Assembly (NCBI GenBank): GCA_003486675.1
Contig: DNGG01000154.1
Location: forward strand, 95 to 64,094
Reading direction: 5' to 3'
Source of the DNA: Cyanobacteria bacterium UBA11372
Lineage (GTDB): Bacteria; Cyanobacteriota; Cyanobacteriia; Cyanobacteriales; Aerosakkonemataceae
DNA: 64,000 nucleotides
Part shown: positions 39,000 through 48,333 of the stretch, one piece after another
Position numbering within the stretch: position 1 is the stretch's first letter
How the letters are laid out: the number at the start of each line of letters is the position of its first letter
The notes under the pieces: generated by a model
Seen by the model: only the letters and a program-made list of their open reading frames with translations
Told to the model about the DNA's origin: nothing
The model's database searches: none
Program-made: the position numbers and the translations under genes

Positions 39000-39490
39000 G
39001 TATTAATAGTTGCGCTGAAACCTGCATTCCCGCTAGTAAAGGCAGACCCAAATGAATATTTCTTGCGAATAGAAGACCCAATCCCTCTGGTACGCATCTC
39101 TGCTTGTAACGCCTTTGTAGGGTTTACTCTGGCGATCGCGCGCTCAACCCAAGGGCGTCCGGGTATCCACTTCCTGCCATAAGCCATAAACCCGGTATAA
39201 AGCGCCGCCCCATAGTGGTATCCAGTTTCTGGATCTACCGGATTCCATATCCAAAATGCGGTCAGCCTCTCGCCCGACGACTGAACATTTAGCATTTTGG
39301 ATTTCAGAAATCGCTCAGTATCGATGATATCCTGGTCATAAAACCCCAAATCGTTAAACTCATTTTGATCTGAAATAACCTCATCGAATTCATCGTTCAA
39401 TGTGCTGATGACCTCAGCGCAGGCATCGCGAATCTTTGCCTTTAATTGAGTCACATAGTTGTTGTTAATATTGGGCTTGATTTTTGCCAT
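38996..39490 (-). CDS. Putative neck/tail completion protein (HK97 gp10-like)
   Basis: DIIDTERFLKS and IPGRPW motifs. Confidence 0.55.
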   Translation of the reverse strand: MAKIKPNINNNYVTQLKAKIRDACAEVISTLNDEFDEVISDQNEFNDLGFYDQDIIDTERFLKSKMLNVQSSGERLTAFWIWNPVDPETGYHYGAALYTGFMAYGRKWIPGRPWVERAIARVNPTKALQAEMRTRGIGSSIRKKYSFGSAFTSGNAGFSATINT

Positions 39491-39815
39491 GCAAAAGCTC
39501 CTCAAAACGAATTAACAACGGTTTAGTGATGCATTCAACCAGTAGACTAGAATAACCAACCAGTAGGCTGAACAACCAGAACTCTGCTAACTGACTCCAG
39601 CTCAAGTGAGAGAAGTCGAACTTGAACACCAAAAATACAACATACCCTGCCCAACACCCATTGCAAAACGGACAGTGGATTAGTTGCTGCCAAACAAGAT
39701 TTAGGGCGCGATTGTGAGAAAAAGTCTTCCCCAACCACTCCCTAATCAACTTGGTGTACTTGTATTCAACCAGCGTCCACCGCAGCGCGATCGCCAGCAT
39801 CACCAGATACAACAT
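39465..39815 (-). CDS. Small membrane protein, DUF1360-like
   Basis: Hydrophobic segments and LIHCPFCNGCWAG. Confidence 0.6.
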   Translation of the reverse strand: MLYLVMLAIALRWTLVEYKYTKLIREWLGKTFSHNRALNLVWQQLIHCPFCNGCWAGYVVFLVFKFDFSHLSWSQLAEFWLFSLLVGYSSLLVECITKPLLIRFEELLHGKNQAQY

Positions 39816-39993
39816 TTTGGTACTCTTCCCACGCCTTCTCAAACTCTTCAAAGCTCAACTGAACGCAGCCGTTATAATCGTCGGCGATCGCAACTTGCTG
39901 ATTCTCTAAGTCAATCTCGATTTCTGGACAGCAAGAATTTGTACACAATAGCCTTTTTTGAACTTTCAATCTGATGCCTCCAAAACTTCCCAA
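39766..39993 (-). CDS. Small phage hypothetical protein
   Basis: Fills gap in operon; CTNSCCPEIEI, IADDYNGCVQLS; start uncertain. Confidence 0.5.
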   Translation of the reverse strand: MGSFGGIRLKVQKRLLCTNSCCPEIEIDLENQQVAIADDYNGCVQLSFEEFEKAWEEYQNVVSGDAGDRAAVDAG

Positions 39994-40481
39994 ACAACAT
40001 CTAATTCAAACTTCTGGTTAGATTCTGGAATCACGACATCAATTGCTTGACCGCTATCCACATCCCAGACTGTTGCTTTCCCCGGTTTCGCCCATAATGG
40101 GTCAAGCATGACTGCACCTGCGTGAACCGTGTCCTTACCCTTTCTTGGGGCAATTAGGGCAACTGTTCGCGACATCCAGCATCTAGGGCGTTTAATCGGA
40201 TCGTCGTTTGAATTGCCTTTAAAATCTTCGACAGGACAAGTAGAAATTATCCATCCCGGTAACACACCTTCTCGAACTAGGGAGAGAAAAGCGTTACAAG
40301 TATCCGAGGGGATTCTTGCGCTAATTTCAGGAGTAAAAAAGCAGAAATCAGTTGCCTTAGCATAGGGTGGTTTTATGCGTTGAGAATTGGCATATACCTG
40401 CGTATTCCTCGCAATTGGTAACTCGTACTTATGCAGCGATTCCTGCTCTAATTTTCTCCCCGCTTCGAGTGCATCCATCAC
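39966..40481 (-). CDS. Tail assembly chaperone, frameshifted (GT-like) part
   Basis: Frame stays open upstream to the GGGAAAG at 40604-40610. Confidence 0.75.
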   Translation of the reverse strand: MMDALEAGRKLEQESLHKYELPIARNTQVYANSQRIKPPYAKATDFCFFTPEISARIPSDTCNAFLSLVREGVLPGWIISTCPVEDFKGNSNDDPIKRPRCWMSRTVALIAPRKGKDTVHAGAVMLDPLWAKPGKATVWDVDSGQAIDVVIPESNQKFELDVVWEVLEASD

Positions 40482-40498
40482 TAACCAGACCGGCTGAT

Positions 40499-41326
40499 TT
40501 ACGAAGTTGCGATCGCTAAATCTGCGGTCACCAGGCCAGTATCTTTGGAGTCGCCAGAAGATTTCGCCCCAGTCGATTGTAGGGGGGGTTCGTCTTTTGG
40601 CTGCTTTCCCACAGATTCTGCTGTTAGTTCCTCATCATCTCCCGGTTTCTTGCCGCCATTCATCTCAGTTTGAGCAAAGTCCCACAGCGCATCAAGAAAG
40701 GCGCTATGCAACTGCTTGGTATCGTCAAGCGCCCAGGCTTCCAAAGTTTCGATCTGTTCCTTTAGCTCGAGAATGCGATCGCGGTCGTCTTGGCTTTGCT
40801 CTGGTTGTTTATTGAGCGCTGCCAATTCCTCTTTAAGCAACACCGCTCCACGATACTTTAGCAATGAAGTTACCAGTGTTTGTTGCTTAACTGCCACAGC
40901 ACCACGTACTTGTTTTACCCAATCAACAATATCCGCTGCATATTCTGTGCGTAGTTGATTGAATAGGCTGGCCTTTCGCTCTAGTTCACCAAGCCGCCTA
41001 TCAGCCTCTTTCGTGGTAATTATCTTTTCGATTTTCTGGCGGTCGATTTCTTCTCTCTGCTCTTCTTCCCAGTTGTTATTTGTGACAACTTGCAAGCAAA
41101 ATAGAGTATCTTCCTCAAGAAGTTTTTTCTCTATCCTCATCCGCACAGCTAATCGAGAAGCTAGTGCGAATCCATCGGGGAGAGAACCACCAACCTCATC
41201 AAAATCAATTTGTTCGCCAGTTAGCAAGCCACCGTAAGCCGGTAGAACGATCTGTCCTATTTCTTGCGTACCAATTGTTGTTGGTTTGGCCTTCGGTTTA
41301 GTAATAAATGGATATTTTTTCATCAC
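40499..41326 (-). CDS. Tail assembly chaperone (G-like)
   Basis: Between tail tube and TMP; slippery G GGA AAG near its 3' end. Confidence 0.75.
   Translation of the reverse strand: MMKKYPFITKPKAKPTTIGTQEIGQIVLPAYGGLLTGEQIDFDEVGGSLPDGFALASRLAVRMRIEKKLLEEDTLFCLQVVTNNNWEEEQREEIDRQKIEKIITTKEADRRLGELERKASLFNQLRTEYAADIVDWVKQVRGAVAVKQQTLVTSLLKYRGAVLLKEELAALNKQPEQSQDDRDRILELKEQIETLEAWALDDTKQLHSAFLDALWDFAQTEMNGGKKPGDDEELTAESVGKQPKDEPPLQSTGAKSSGDSKDTGLVTADLAIATS
40604..40610 (-). other. Programmed -1 frameshift site GGGAAAG
   Basis: In-frame G GGA AAG; -1 frame is stop-free and joins 39966-40481. Confidence 0.8.
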
Positions 41327-42039
41327 TACACCGCCATTATCCGAGTAACTTTGCCTCGGCTTTGAACTTCAATGTTCGCCATGATCATGTTATCTGCTGA
41401 GCTTTCAATCGATACTTGAGAAGAGCCAAAGCCCCAGAAAATTTCACCTTTGGTGAATAAGTTGTCAGATTCGCAACCTGGCTTAGGGAACTCTAGTTCC
41501 CAGTACAAATCTGCTTTTTGAAACTCAACTCCTATACAGATGTTGTACCCAGCATCTGTAGGGAGATAAGTACCATTCATGGAAAGCCCGCGCCCTAGTC
41601 GGGTTGTTAGTGAATCTTGCCATCCAGCATTATCAAAAACTGAGATATCTTGATTCTGGTTGTTAGGGTTGAACGTCGCTTGCTGCCGGTTGCGTAGTAT
41701 TACGGGAAAGCGAGCGATCGCACCGGATGCGATCGCTCGTTTCAGTGGTTGTACGGTGAGGGTTATAGTGGTAGGGTCGATACTCGCAGTTACCCAAACC
41801 AAATGCTCTCTCCCGTTCGCTTCGATAAAGTTCAGCGGTAGCGGAAAGTTGGTTGTTGCGAGAATTGTCTGTGTAGGGGTGGGTGTCCCAGTAATAGTGA
41901 CAGTTAAGCTGGTTGCGCCAGCAGTCGCTAGCGCACCAGTGGTAATGACAATCGATTCCGGTCGGACGCGATCGCAGTCCAACAACGGTGCGACACGAAT
42001 AATCGTATCAGCACCAGCAATAAACTTTGAACTAGACAT
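41326..42039 (-). CDS. Major tail tube protein
   Basis: Precedes chaperones; AGWQDSLTT...GLSMNG...DAGY pattern, Thr-rich insert. Confidence 0.7.
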   Translation of the reverse strand: MSSSKFIAGADTIIRVAPLLDCDRVRPESIVITTGALATAGATSLTVTITGTPTPTQTILATTNFPLPLNFIEANGREHLVWVTASIDPTTITLTVQPLKRAIASGAIARFPVILRNRQQATFNPNNQNQDISVFDNAGWQDSLTTRLGRGLSMNGTYLPTDAGYNICIGVEFQKADLYWELEFPKPGCESDNLFTKGEIFWGFGSSQVSIESSADNMIMANIEVQSRGKVTRIMAV

Positions 42040-42129
42040 TTAACAAACAAGCAAAGTTAAATATGCTTTTATAATCGACTTTGCCTCTTTATTTGTTAAT
42101 ACTGATATATCTCGCAGGAATTTTTAAAA

Positions 42130-42522
42130 CTATCCTTGGATAGCGAAATATCCTTTGAGCTTTTGACCAGCTATTCTTTCTTGTATCTGTTGTTCGCATG
42201 AAGATTGAATTCCTACAGGAATACGCAACCAACCCATTTGCTTGTTGTATTCCATCTTGACCTTATTCAGTGGTGGAGACACTGGCAATCTTGTAGGCAT
42301 CGCCATGCGAATGATTACAGCAATCTCTTGAATGCCCTGCCCTGGTTGGGTAGAGACTGTCGGGCGTAGAGAATCTTCCTTCACAAAGACTTGACATTCA
42401 ACGATAGATTTCTTTGGCAATAAATTTCCTGTTTCTGGGTCGGACTCAAGGACTGCTTCTTGCGTTTCAACCCAGATACGTCCATTCCAGTAACGTCGCG
42501 GAATAGCGGAATGATTTTTCAT
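42130..42522 (-). CDS. Putative head-closure protein
   Basis: DPETGN motif and position. Confidence 0.5.
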   Translation of the reverse strand: MKNHSAIPRRYWNGRIWVETQEAVLESDPETGNLLPKKSIVECQVFVKEDSLRPTVSTQPGQGIQEIAVIIRMAMPTRLPVSPPLNKVKMEYNKQMGWLRIPVGIQSSCEQQIQERIAGQKLKGYFAIQG

Positions 42523-42888
42523 TTATGGTGTAACGTCTGGATCGACAAAGAATTCTCCTTTCTCTATGGTTTTCTTCTTTCCACCTACTGTTCGTTCCAA
42601 GTCATATACGAACTTAGAGCGCTCCAGGACAAAAACAGTTTCGATTGAATTTAAGGAAACTGTGCCGGAAAGAGTATTTCCATCGACCTGGATAGTGAAA
42701 TCAGATCCGGATTTAGAAATTCTGGGAATACCGTTTGGAAATTCAGATGCCAACATTGCCGTTAATTTCAATGTCGCTCCAGTTTGTCCAGGCTCAACGA
42801 TCGAGACGCTCAACTCGACATCATCTCCGCGAGTCAAGGTAATTCCATTTAAGGGTCGCAATGGGTTTCTCAAGTATACAGCGTTCAT
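42523..42888 (-). CDS. BppU-N/Ig-like virion protein
   Basis: LTRGDD...YDLE...GEFFVDPDVT pattern. Confidence 0.55.
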   Translation of the reverse strand: MNAVYLRNPLRPLNGITLTRGDDVELSVSIVEPGQTGATLKLTAMLASEFPNGIPRISKSGSDFTIQVDGNTLSGTVSLNSIETVFVLERSKFVYDLERTVGGKKKTIEKGEFFVDPDVTP

Positions 42889-42904
42889 TGTTTATGACTT
42901 AGAA

Positions 42905-43564
42905 TTACGGCTTAGAGGTGAAAATTAAGTATCCAGCATCTAATTGGTGCTGACGTGTAGTACCATTCCCGATTTCAAAGAAATATTTAACTTCAAAATC
43001 GGCTGGACTTCCTGCGAAGATAGTTTCATTCGCTAGCAATTGAATGGCTCCAGAAGCTAATTGATTGCCATCCACATGATCGACAATCTCCTCAATCAAC
43101 ACTCCCCCAGGTGCTACGAGAACTTGCTTGCTTAGCAAAATCCGATTGCTCAAATCCTTCAAAAAAAGCTGAATCTGAAGCCCTCGGAGACGCTCTCCCA
43201 GGATCTGAAATCTTAAAGCCAGTGACTTCCCTTTCGGCAATCTTTGGTTTTGCAGAGATACGCCATCAAGCAATAATTTTCCTTTAGGAGTTGTTGGAGG
43301 TGGAATTACCCAAAGATAGCGACAAACAGCCTCAGAAACGGCATCAGCACTACCGCGAACAAATTGATTGTAAATTGCCCTTCCTCGGCAATTTACTGTG
43401 CTTCTAGCAGCTTGTAGGCGGATAGCACGATTTCTTCCCCACCAACTAAGCGATGCTTGCGTGATAGCAATCGTGTAACCTTCCGCCATCGGCATCCGCC
43501 GTAAGGGAACATCAGGAGTAGTACTGGTAGCAAATGAAACACCTCTACTATAGAGTATTGGCAT
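42905..43564 (-). CDS. Phage hypothetical protein
   Basis: 219-aa ORF; C-terminal half resembles 42523-42888. Confidence 0.5.
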   Translation of the reverse strand: MPILYSRGVSFATSTTPDVPLRRMPMAEGYTIAITQASLSWWGRNRAIRLQAARSTVNCRGRAIYNQFVRGSADAVSEAVCRYLWVIPPPTTPKGKLLLDGVSLQNQRLPKGKSLALRFQILGERLRGLQIQLFLKDLSNRILLSKQVLVAPGGVLIEEIVDHVDGNQLASGAIQLLANETIFAGSPADFEVKYFFEIGNGTTRQHQLDAGYLIFTSKP

Positions 43565-43576
43565 AGTCGCCTCGCT

Positions 43577-44371
43577 TTAGTCTAGAGAGATTTCAATATC
43601 ACCGGGCGCGATCGTCAATTGACCATCGAGCGCGATCGCGTGAGCCGGATCTAAAGGCCCATAGGCCATAAATTGCCCACCGGATGCCATATTCCAGAAT
43701 CCCCAATGTGCCGCCGTTCCCTGCGCCGCCGTTGCACGGGGATATTGAATAGTTGCTGCCGTTCGTTTGATGCCGCCACTGGCAGCAGCAAAATTAGCGC
43801 TATTATTAGCTAGTGGTTGCCGAACGTATCCACCAGCACTTAGCTCTGTTCCAGCAACTGCATCAGTCGGTGCGCCGCTCATCAAGCCATGATAAAGCGT
43901 TGGGTCAATTGCCATCGGAATTGCTCGGTAGAGATGATTAAAAATGCGATTTTTTAAGAAATTACTGAAGCCGCCTGTATTCCATTGGTGAACTAGCGCT
44001 CCACTTAGTATCACTAATGAATCCATTCGTTGAATTAACATCGAGCTGTCGGCAACAAAATACACTAGGCAATTGCCGCCAACGCTGCTGTCGAACAGCC
44101 CGACCCCCACAACATCACCTTGATTAGCGCTGGCACGAGGACAGATGATATCCTGCGTGTTTTGGGTCAACTGAGCGATAGATTCAAGCCAATAGCTTGG
44201 TGGTGTCGGTATTCTTAAATATCCATTCCCTGTTGGTTCGCTCCCTGGCCCATTCTCGCTGGAAGCGGTGAGGAAATATCCCAAGTGCAAGGTTGGGACA
44301 GCAAAGCTGACGCCACCAAAAAGGTGGTTCAGTATGGCATTTTCAGCATAATCAGTAAAGCTCCCAGGCAT
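43577..44371 (-). CDS. Virion structural protein with two tandem domains
   Basis: SFTDYAENAILNHLF...GNGYLR repeated as GFSNFLKNRIFNHLY...AGGYVR. Confidence 0.65.
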   Translation of the reverse strand: MPGSFTDYAENAILNHLFGGVSFAVPTLHLGYFLTASSENGPGSEPTGNGYLRIPTPPSYWLESIAQLTQNTQDIICPRASANQGDVVGVGLFDSSVGGNCLVYFVADSSMLIQRMDSLVILSGALVHQWNTGGFSNFLKNRIFNHLYRAIPMAIDPTLYHGLMSGAPTDAVAGTELSAGGYVRQPLANNSANFAAASGGIKRTAATIQYPRATAAQGTAAHWGFWNMASGGQFMAYGPLDPAHAIALDGQLTIAPGDIEISLD

Positions 44372-44381
44372 CGTTTAATCC

Positions 44382-44717
44382 TTAAAAATAAACTTTTGTT
44401 CGCTCAAATCCAAGTAATTTCGCTAGTTTGTCTTTTAGTTCATCTATCCGATCTTGCACCTCGCAGCTTCGGTGGGATGAAAATTCAACAACGTCAACCT
44501 TTAATATTCCCGCCTCTTCAGCTGAGATTCTTGTCTTTTCAGTCTCCAGCTCATTAATCTGATTAATTATTTCTTGACATTTCAAAACTAATCGTTCAGA
44601 ACGTTTTTCGGTTACATCAAAACATTCTTGAACAGATTGTTCATCCTCTTGAGACAAATCAAGATGGATGATAACAGACCATAGATCGTCATTATTGAAT
44701 GGCACCTTGTTTAACAA
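44382..44717 (-). CDS. Putative head-tail adaptor
   Basis: Downstream of capsid; KVDVVEF motif. Confidence 0.5.
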   Translation of the reverse strand: MLNKVPFNNDDLWSVIIHLDLSQEDEQSVQECFDVTEKRSERLVLKCQEIINQINELETEKTRISAEEAGILKVDVVEFSSHRSCEVQDRIDELKDKLAKLLGFERTKVYF

Positions 44718-44904
44718 AAGAACAATTTGGTTGGCTCAATGGGCAAATTTGTTGACCTTCTACTGTTCGTTTTTTCTCTCCACAAATGCCGCAAGTAGGC
44801 ATTCCAAGCTGCTTATAGAGACTTGTGCAATATTGATCGCTAATTTGAGCAGATGGTTGAGATTGTGCGCGATCGCCTTTATCTTTAACCTTTAGTTCAT
44901 CCAT
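44692..44904 (-). CDS. Small Cys-rich hypothetical protein
   Basis: CGICG...CP...C. Confidence 0.5.
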   Translation of the reverse strand: MDELKVKDKGDRAQSQPSAQISDQYCTSLYKQLGMPTCGICGEKKRTVEGQQICPLSQPNCSFVKQGAIQ

Positions 44905-44906
44905 AA

Positions 44907-46670
44907 TTACACCACCCGATCAGAGGCTCTGACCTCTAAAACACCTAATTGTTGGTCGTTGGCAGGCGTGGTGCTATTTGGATCTACGTCTAACGGCCCC
45001 CAACCCTCATGGCTTTTCCATGCAAATTCCCGCATCCGCCCAAAACGCCCAATCTCCTCACGAATTGTCATCGGCATAGCAGTTGACCATGCCATCGTTG
45101 AAGCTCCCACTAAGAAGCCAGAGCGAGTTAGTCTACTTCCACCGCCAAAGGTTTCTTGCTGCACACCAGGTGTCCCTACAATTCCCCGACTGAAAGAATT
45201 CCCACTAAAAATATGGAATCCATCTACAGTGCCTACGTAACCAGAAACACGTCCCATGTCCTCATTTGAGGTTGATCTAGTGAGAACGCTAGTAACTTCT
45301 TCAACATTGTTACTATCGAAGTATGAATTATTTTTCTTCATACTCTTTCTCAGTTGTCCCAGGTGCGGAGATGGGCAAATATATGCGTATTTACCATCCC
45401 TAAAAGTTGGGATTTTTAGCATATCAGCATAAGCATAAAGGCTTGCCAAGAAATCTTCTGATATTTGCCCTCCACCATTGGCTGCAACATCCGCAGGGAG
45501 AGTAACGACATCCCCACCATTGTTGTAAACAACAGCAGTGGTTGCAAGTAGCATTTCAAGAACTGCGATATCTTCAAAGCAATGATAATTTTCTCCTAGT
45601 CGATCTTGTAGCGCTCTTTCAAGATCTATTAGAGAGTGAGCCATCCAAAATTCTGGAATCGCAACAGGTGCTAATTTGACCGGGGTAACATCTTTCCCCA
45701 TGCCATTTTCGCGGATTACGATTGGGACTCCATTCCCTTGTAGAGGCTGTTTTTCGGTAGTTATATCGACAGATGGATCTAATTGCCAGTCTCCAGAATT
45801 GGTTCCAGGCTCTAAATTTCGGACTCGAAAAACGGTCGTAGTTTGTCCAGGTGGAATACCTGAAGAAATCGCTCTGTTAACAAATTGCCACAAAACATAG
45901 CGCGATGAATGCTCAATCCTGGCAACTTCAGATAAGTAAGTCTGAAGCATAGGAGGTAGACTTGATAGAGATGTTGGAGCATCCCGACCACTAGATCCTT
46001 GCCCTTGCAGAAATCTGTATTTCCTCAATTCCGATTCTACTGAGTCACGCAATGCTCCTCGATTGCTTTTAATAAATTTTCTGAGAGGTCGGGAATCAAA
46101 TTGTAAATGAGTTTCTGAAGTTTCAGGATTGATAACGCTTGAAGCTTTTATTTTTGAGTCGTCGTCATAAAGTTTATTAAATTCCCGCAAAGCATCCCTT
46201 GGGGACAATTCTTGTTGACGCATTGATAGAGGCGCAATATAGACGCTGTTGTTGGAATCTCCGCCGTAACCAAAATCTGACAAGAGTTTGGTAATAGTAT
46301 CTTTCTGCTTTTGTTCTGAGCGAACCTTTTTCTCTAAAGTATCCTTCTCCTGCTCGGACTTTAATCGCTCCTGCTCAAGCTTTGCTTCAACGGTTGCAAT
46401 CGCATCATCTTTCTGCTTTAATAAATTTTCATATTTCTTGGTTTCTGCTTTCACAGCGCCAACGATCATCTGCTGAAGTTGATCCTTAGAAAAAGTTAAT
46501 AAATTCTCTTCTTCCTGGCCTATATTCTCATCAGCACCGTCTTTGTTTGCTGTTACGTGCGAAACAGATAAATCAGGACTTGCAGTTGCAGTATCTTTTC
46601 CATAAATAAATCCTTTTCGGGCATTGCTTGATCTAATCGCGTCCGCCTCAGAAGTGTATCTTTTCGACAT
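44907..46670 (-). CDS. Major capsid protein with N-terminal coiled-coil scaffold-like region
   Basis: Follows protease; GYVGTVDGFHIF, FGRMREFAW..HEGWG capsid-like C-terminus. Confidence 0.7.
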   Translation of the reverse strand: MSKRYTSEADAIRSSNARKGFIYGKDTATASPDLSVSHVTANKDGADENIGQEEENLLTFSKDQLQQMIVGAVKAETKKYENLLKQKDDAIATVEAKLEQERLKSEQEKDTLEKKVRSEQKQKDTITKLLSDFGYGGDSNNSVYIAPLSMRQQELSPRDALREFNKLYDDDSKIKASSVINPETSETHLQFDSRPLRKFIKSNRGALRDSVESELRKYRFLQGQGSSGRDAPTSLSSLPPMLQTYLSEVARIEHSSRYVLWQFVNRAISSGIPPGQTTTVFRVRNLEPGTNSGDWQLDPSVDITTEKQPLQGNGVPIVIRENGMGKDVTPVKLAPVAIPEFWMAHSLIDLERALQDRLGENYHCFEDIAVLEMLLATTAVVYNNGGDVVTLPADVAANGGGQISEDFLASLYAYADMLKIPTFRDGKYAYICPSPHLGQLRKSMKKNNSYFDSNNVEEVTSVLTRSTSNEDMGRVSGYVGTVDGFHIFSGNSFSRGIVGTPGVQQETFGGGSRLTRSGFLVGASTMAWSTAMPMTIREEIGRFGRMREFAWKSHEGWGPLDVDPNSTTPANDQQLGVLEVRASDRVV

Positions 46671-46770
46671 TTTACTTAAATATAGGATTAGCTAAAAAAT
46701 ACACTAATCTTTTGGCGAGAAAGTCTCAATTTAGTGAGATAGCAAATGGAAAATACTACAAAATCATTGA

Positions 46771-47502
46771 TTACTTGTCGGATATGAGATCGGACAACTG
46801 ATGCCGCTTAACCACCCCAGCAGCGGGATAGTTAGGAATCAACACTAAGCTTGCCTCTCCCAAGTCCCTAACGCCACTTCTAATAAAAAAAGGTGCTACC
46901 TCCCTTGCCCCTTGCGATGTTTCGTAAGTTTCACCAGGTTTAATATTCCACCATTTGTCAGGTTGTAGATGAGGGCAGTTTTCATCCTCAAATGAAACAC
47001 CACACAAAGGACATATGTGATCCTCGTATTCAAAGCCCCCCAAAGATATCGATTGAAGCTTGCCAAACTGCAATGCTCTAATAGCAGGCGCGTCAGGGGA
47101 AAAAGCAGCATCAAACTCTAAAGAAAAATAACCCCCTTCTTGTTTGATTATCTGTCGATTGATCTTGCCGTTTCCAGCTCGGTCAATTGCCCATCTAGGA
47201 GCCTGGTACTGCCTAATCTCAGCATTAAAGATTAGTGCTTGAGTTTTGCCTATATCTTCCCAAGCGTGATCTAAAGTCAAAGGAAGCCCCAATAACAAGT
47301 TTTTTAAAATTGGCAGTTCATCTAGCCCCCATTTACCATAGCTTCTATTCAAAAGATTATCTGTTGCTCGGAATCTAACAGCAATTAGGTCATCTGCATT
47401 CAGTTTTTCTAAAGAAGCTGGTATGAAATCATTAATCATGCCTAGCTCTTTTTCTGTTAATTGTAATTTAGAATTTACAACATCAAGCTCTAAAGTTTCC
47501 AT
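46771..47502 (-). CDS. Putative prohead protease
   Basis: LTLDHAW, SISLGG, CPLCG...CPH, EASLVLIP. Confidence 0.65.
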   Translation of the reverse strand: METLELDVVNSKLQLTEKELGMINDFIPASLEKLNADDLIAVRFRATDNLLNRSYGKWGLDELPILKNLLLGLPLTLDHAWEDIGKTQALIFNAEIRQYQAPRWAIDRAGNGKINRQIIKQEGGYFSLEFDAAFSPDAPAIRALQFGKLQSISLGGFEYEDHICPLCGVSFEDENCPHLQPDKWWNIKPGETYETSQGAREVAPFFIRSGVRDLGEASLVLIPNYPAAGVVKRHQLSDLISDK

Positions 47503-48178
47503 TGTTTGTCCTCAATTGATCTAAATTAATCCATCCAAACCTTTGATTCAAAAAATCTTCCGGGCGCTGCTCACTCTTGGAAAATTTCTTATAGCACCCG
47601 CAATTAGCTCTGCACTCACAATCCCTTGTGGGATGAGGGAGACTACCGATCGGTTGCCATCCAGCAGCAGCATAGGACACACATGGAGAGCAACTGTTGC
47701 TTTTAGTTCTGATTCTCTTTTCCCAAGAGAATCCGGCCCTTATATGCCCTTCCAACTTGCCCATCTCGTGCGAACCACGTGCAGCCCAAGCGTACATTTC
47801 GAGCCGCGACCGGAATGCAGCCTCAGTCATTCCGTTATTAATCAGATCCTCCGCAAACCCACGCAAGAATTCATACTGAGAGCGGATCTGTTGACCAAGG
47901 ATGCCGTAATCCCTCTGGCTCATGTTAGCCTCACCGCCTATACCCAGCAGGTAAGAAGAGGTATGGAGAGCCTTTAAAGCCCTCCTAGTTTCTGCCTCCC
48001 AAGTCGGCAAAGAGATTCTTTGATTTATAAGCAATTCTCCGATTGTTGTTAGATCGTCCCTGACTTGATTAATATGTCCCCCTAACAAAGACCGCATTCT
48101 AGGCTGAGATATAAATCTCCCAGTCTCTTGATCTCGGTAACGCTGTGTAGCTCTATCAAAGTAAAAGTTGGGTGGCAT
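47483..48178 (-). CDS. Phage head morphogenesis (MuF-like) protein
   Basis: RYRDQETGRF; C-terminal CSPC...CECRANCGC. Confidence 0.65.
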   Translation of the reverse strand: MPPNFYFDRATQRYRDQETGRFISQPRMRSLLGGHINQVRDDLTTIGELLINQRISLPTWEAETRRALKALHTSSYLLGIGGEANMSQRDYGILGQQIRSQYEFLRGFAEDLINNGMTEAAFRSRLEMYAWAARGSHEMGKLEGHIRAGFSWEKRIRTKSNSCSPCVSYAAAGWQPIGSLPHPTRDCECRANCGCYKKFSKSEQRPEDFLNQRFGWINLDQLRTNNGNFRA

Positions 48179-48331
48179 TTAGCTTTCAGGAGTAGCTCGT
48201 AATAAGTACTTGAAATAAATATCAGGTGGTGACTTTTCCCATTGCCTAATAACAATTTGAATGTAATCAGGTGCGATCTCAGCTTCTTCTAAGTTTATTG
48301 GTGGTAACTTGATCTCTGGAAAATGCATCAT
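48179..48331 (-). CDS. Small hypothetical protein (50 aa), absent from ORF track
   Basis: MMHFPEIKLPP...LLRATPES* exactly fills the gap between portal and MuF-like genes. Confidence 0.5.
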   Translation of the reverse strand: MMHFPEIKLPPINLEEAEIAPDYIQIVIRQWEKSPPDIYFKYLLRATPES

Positions 48332-48333
48332 AG

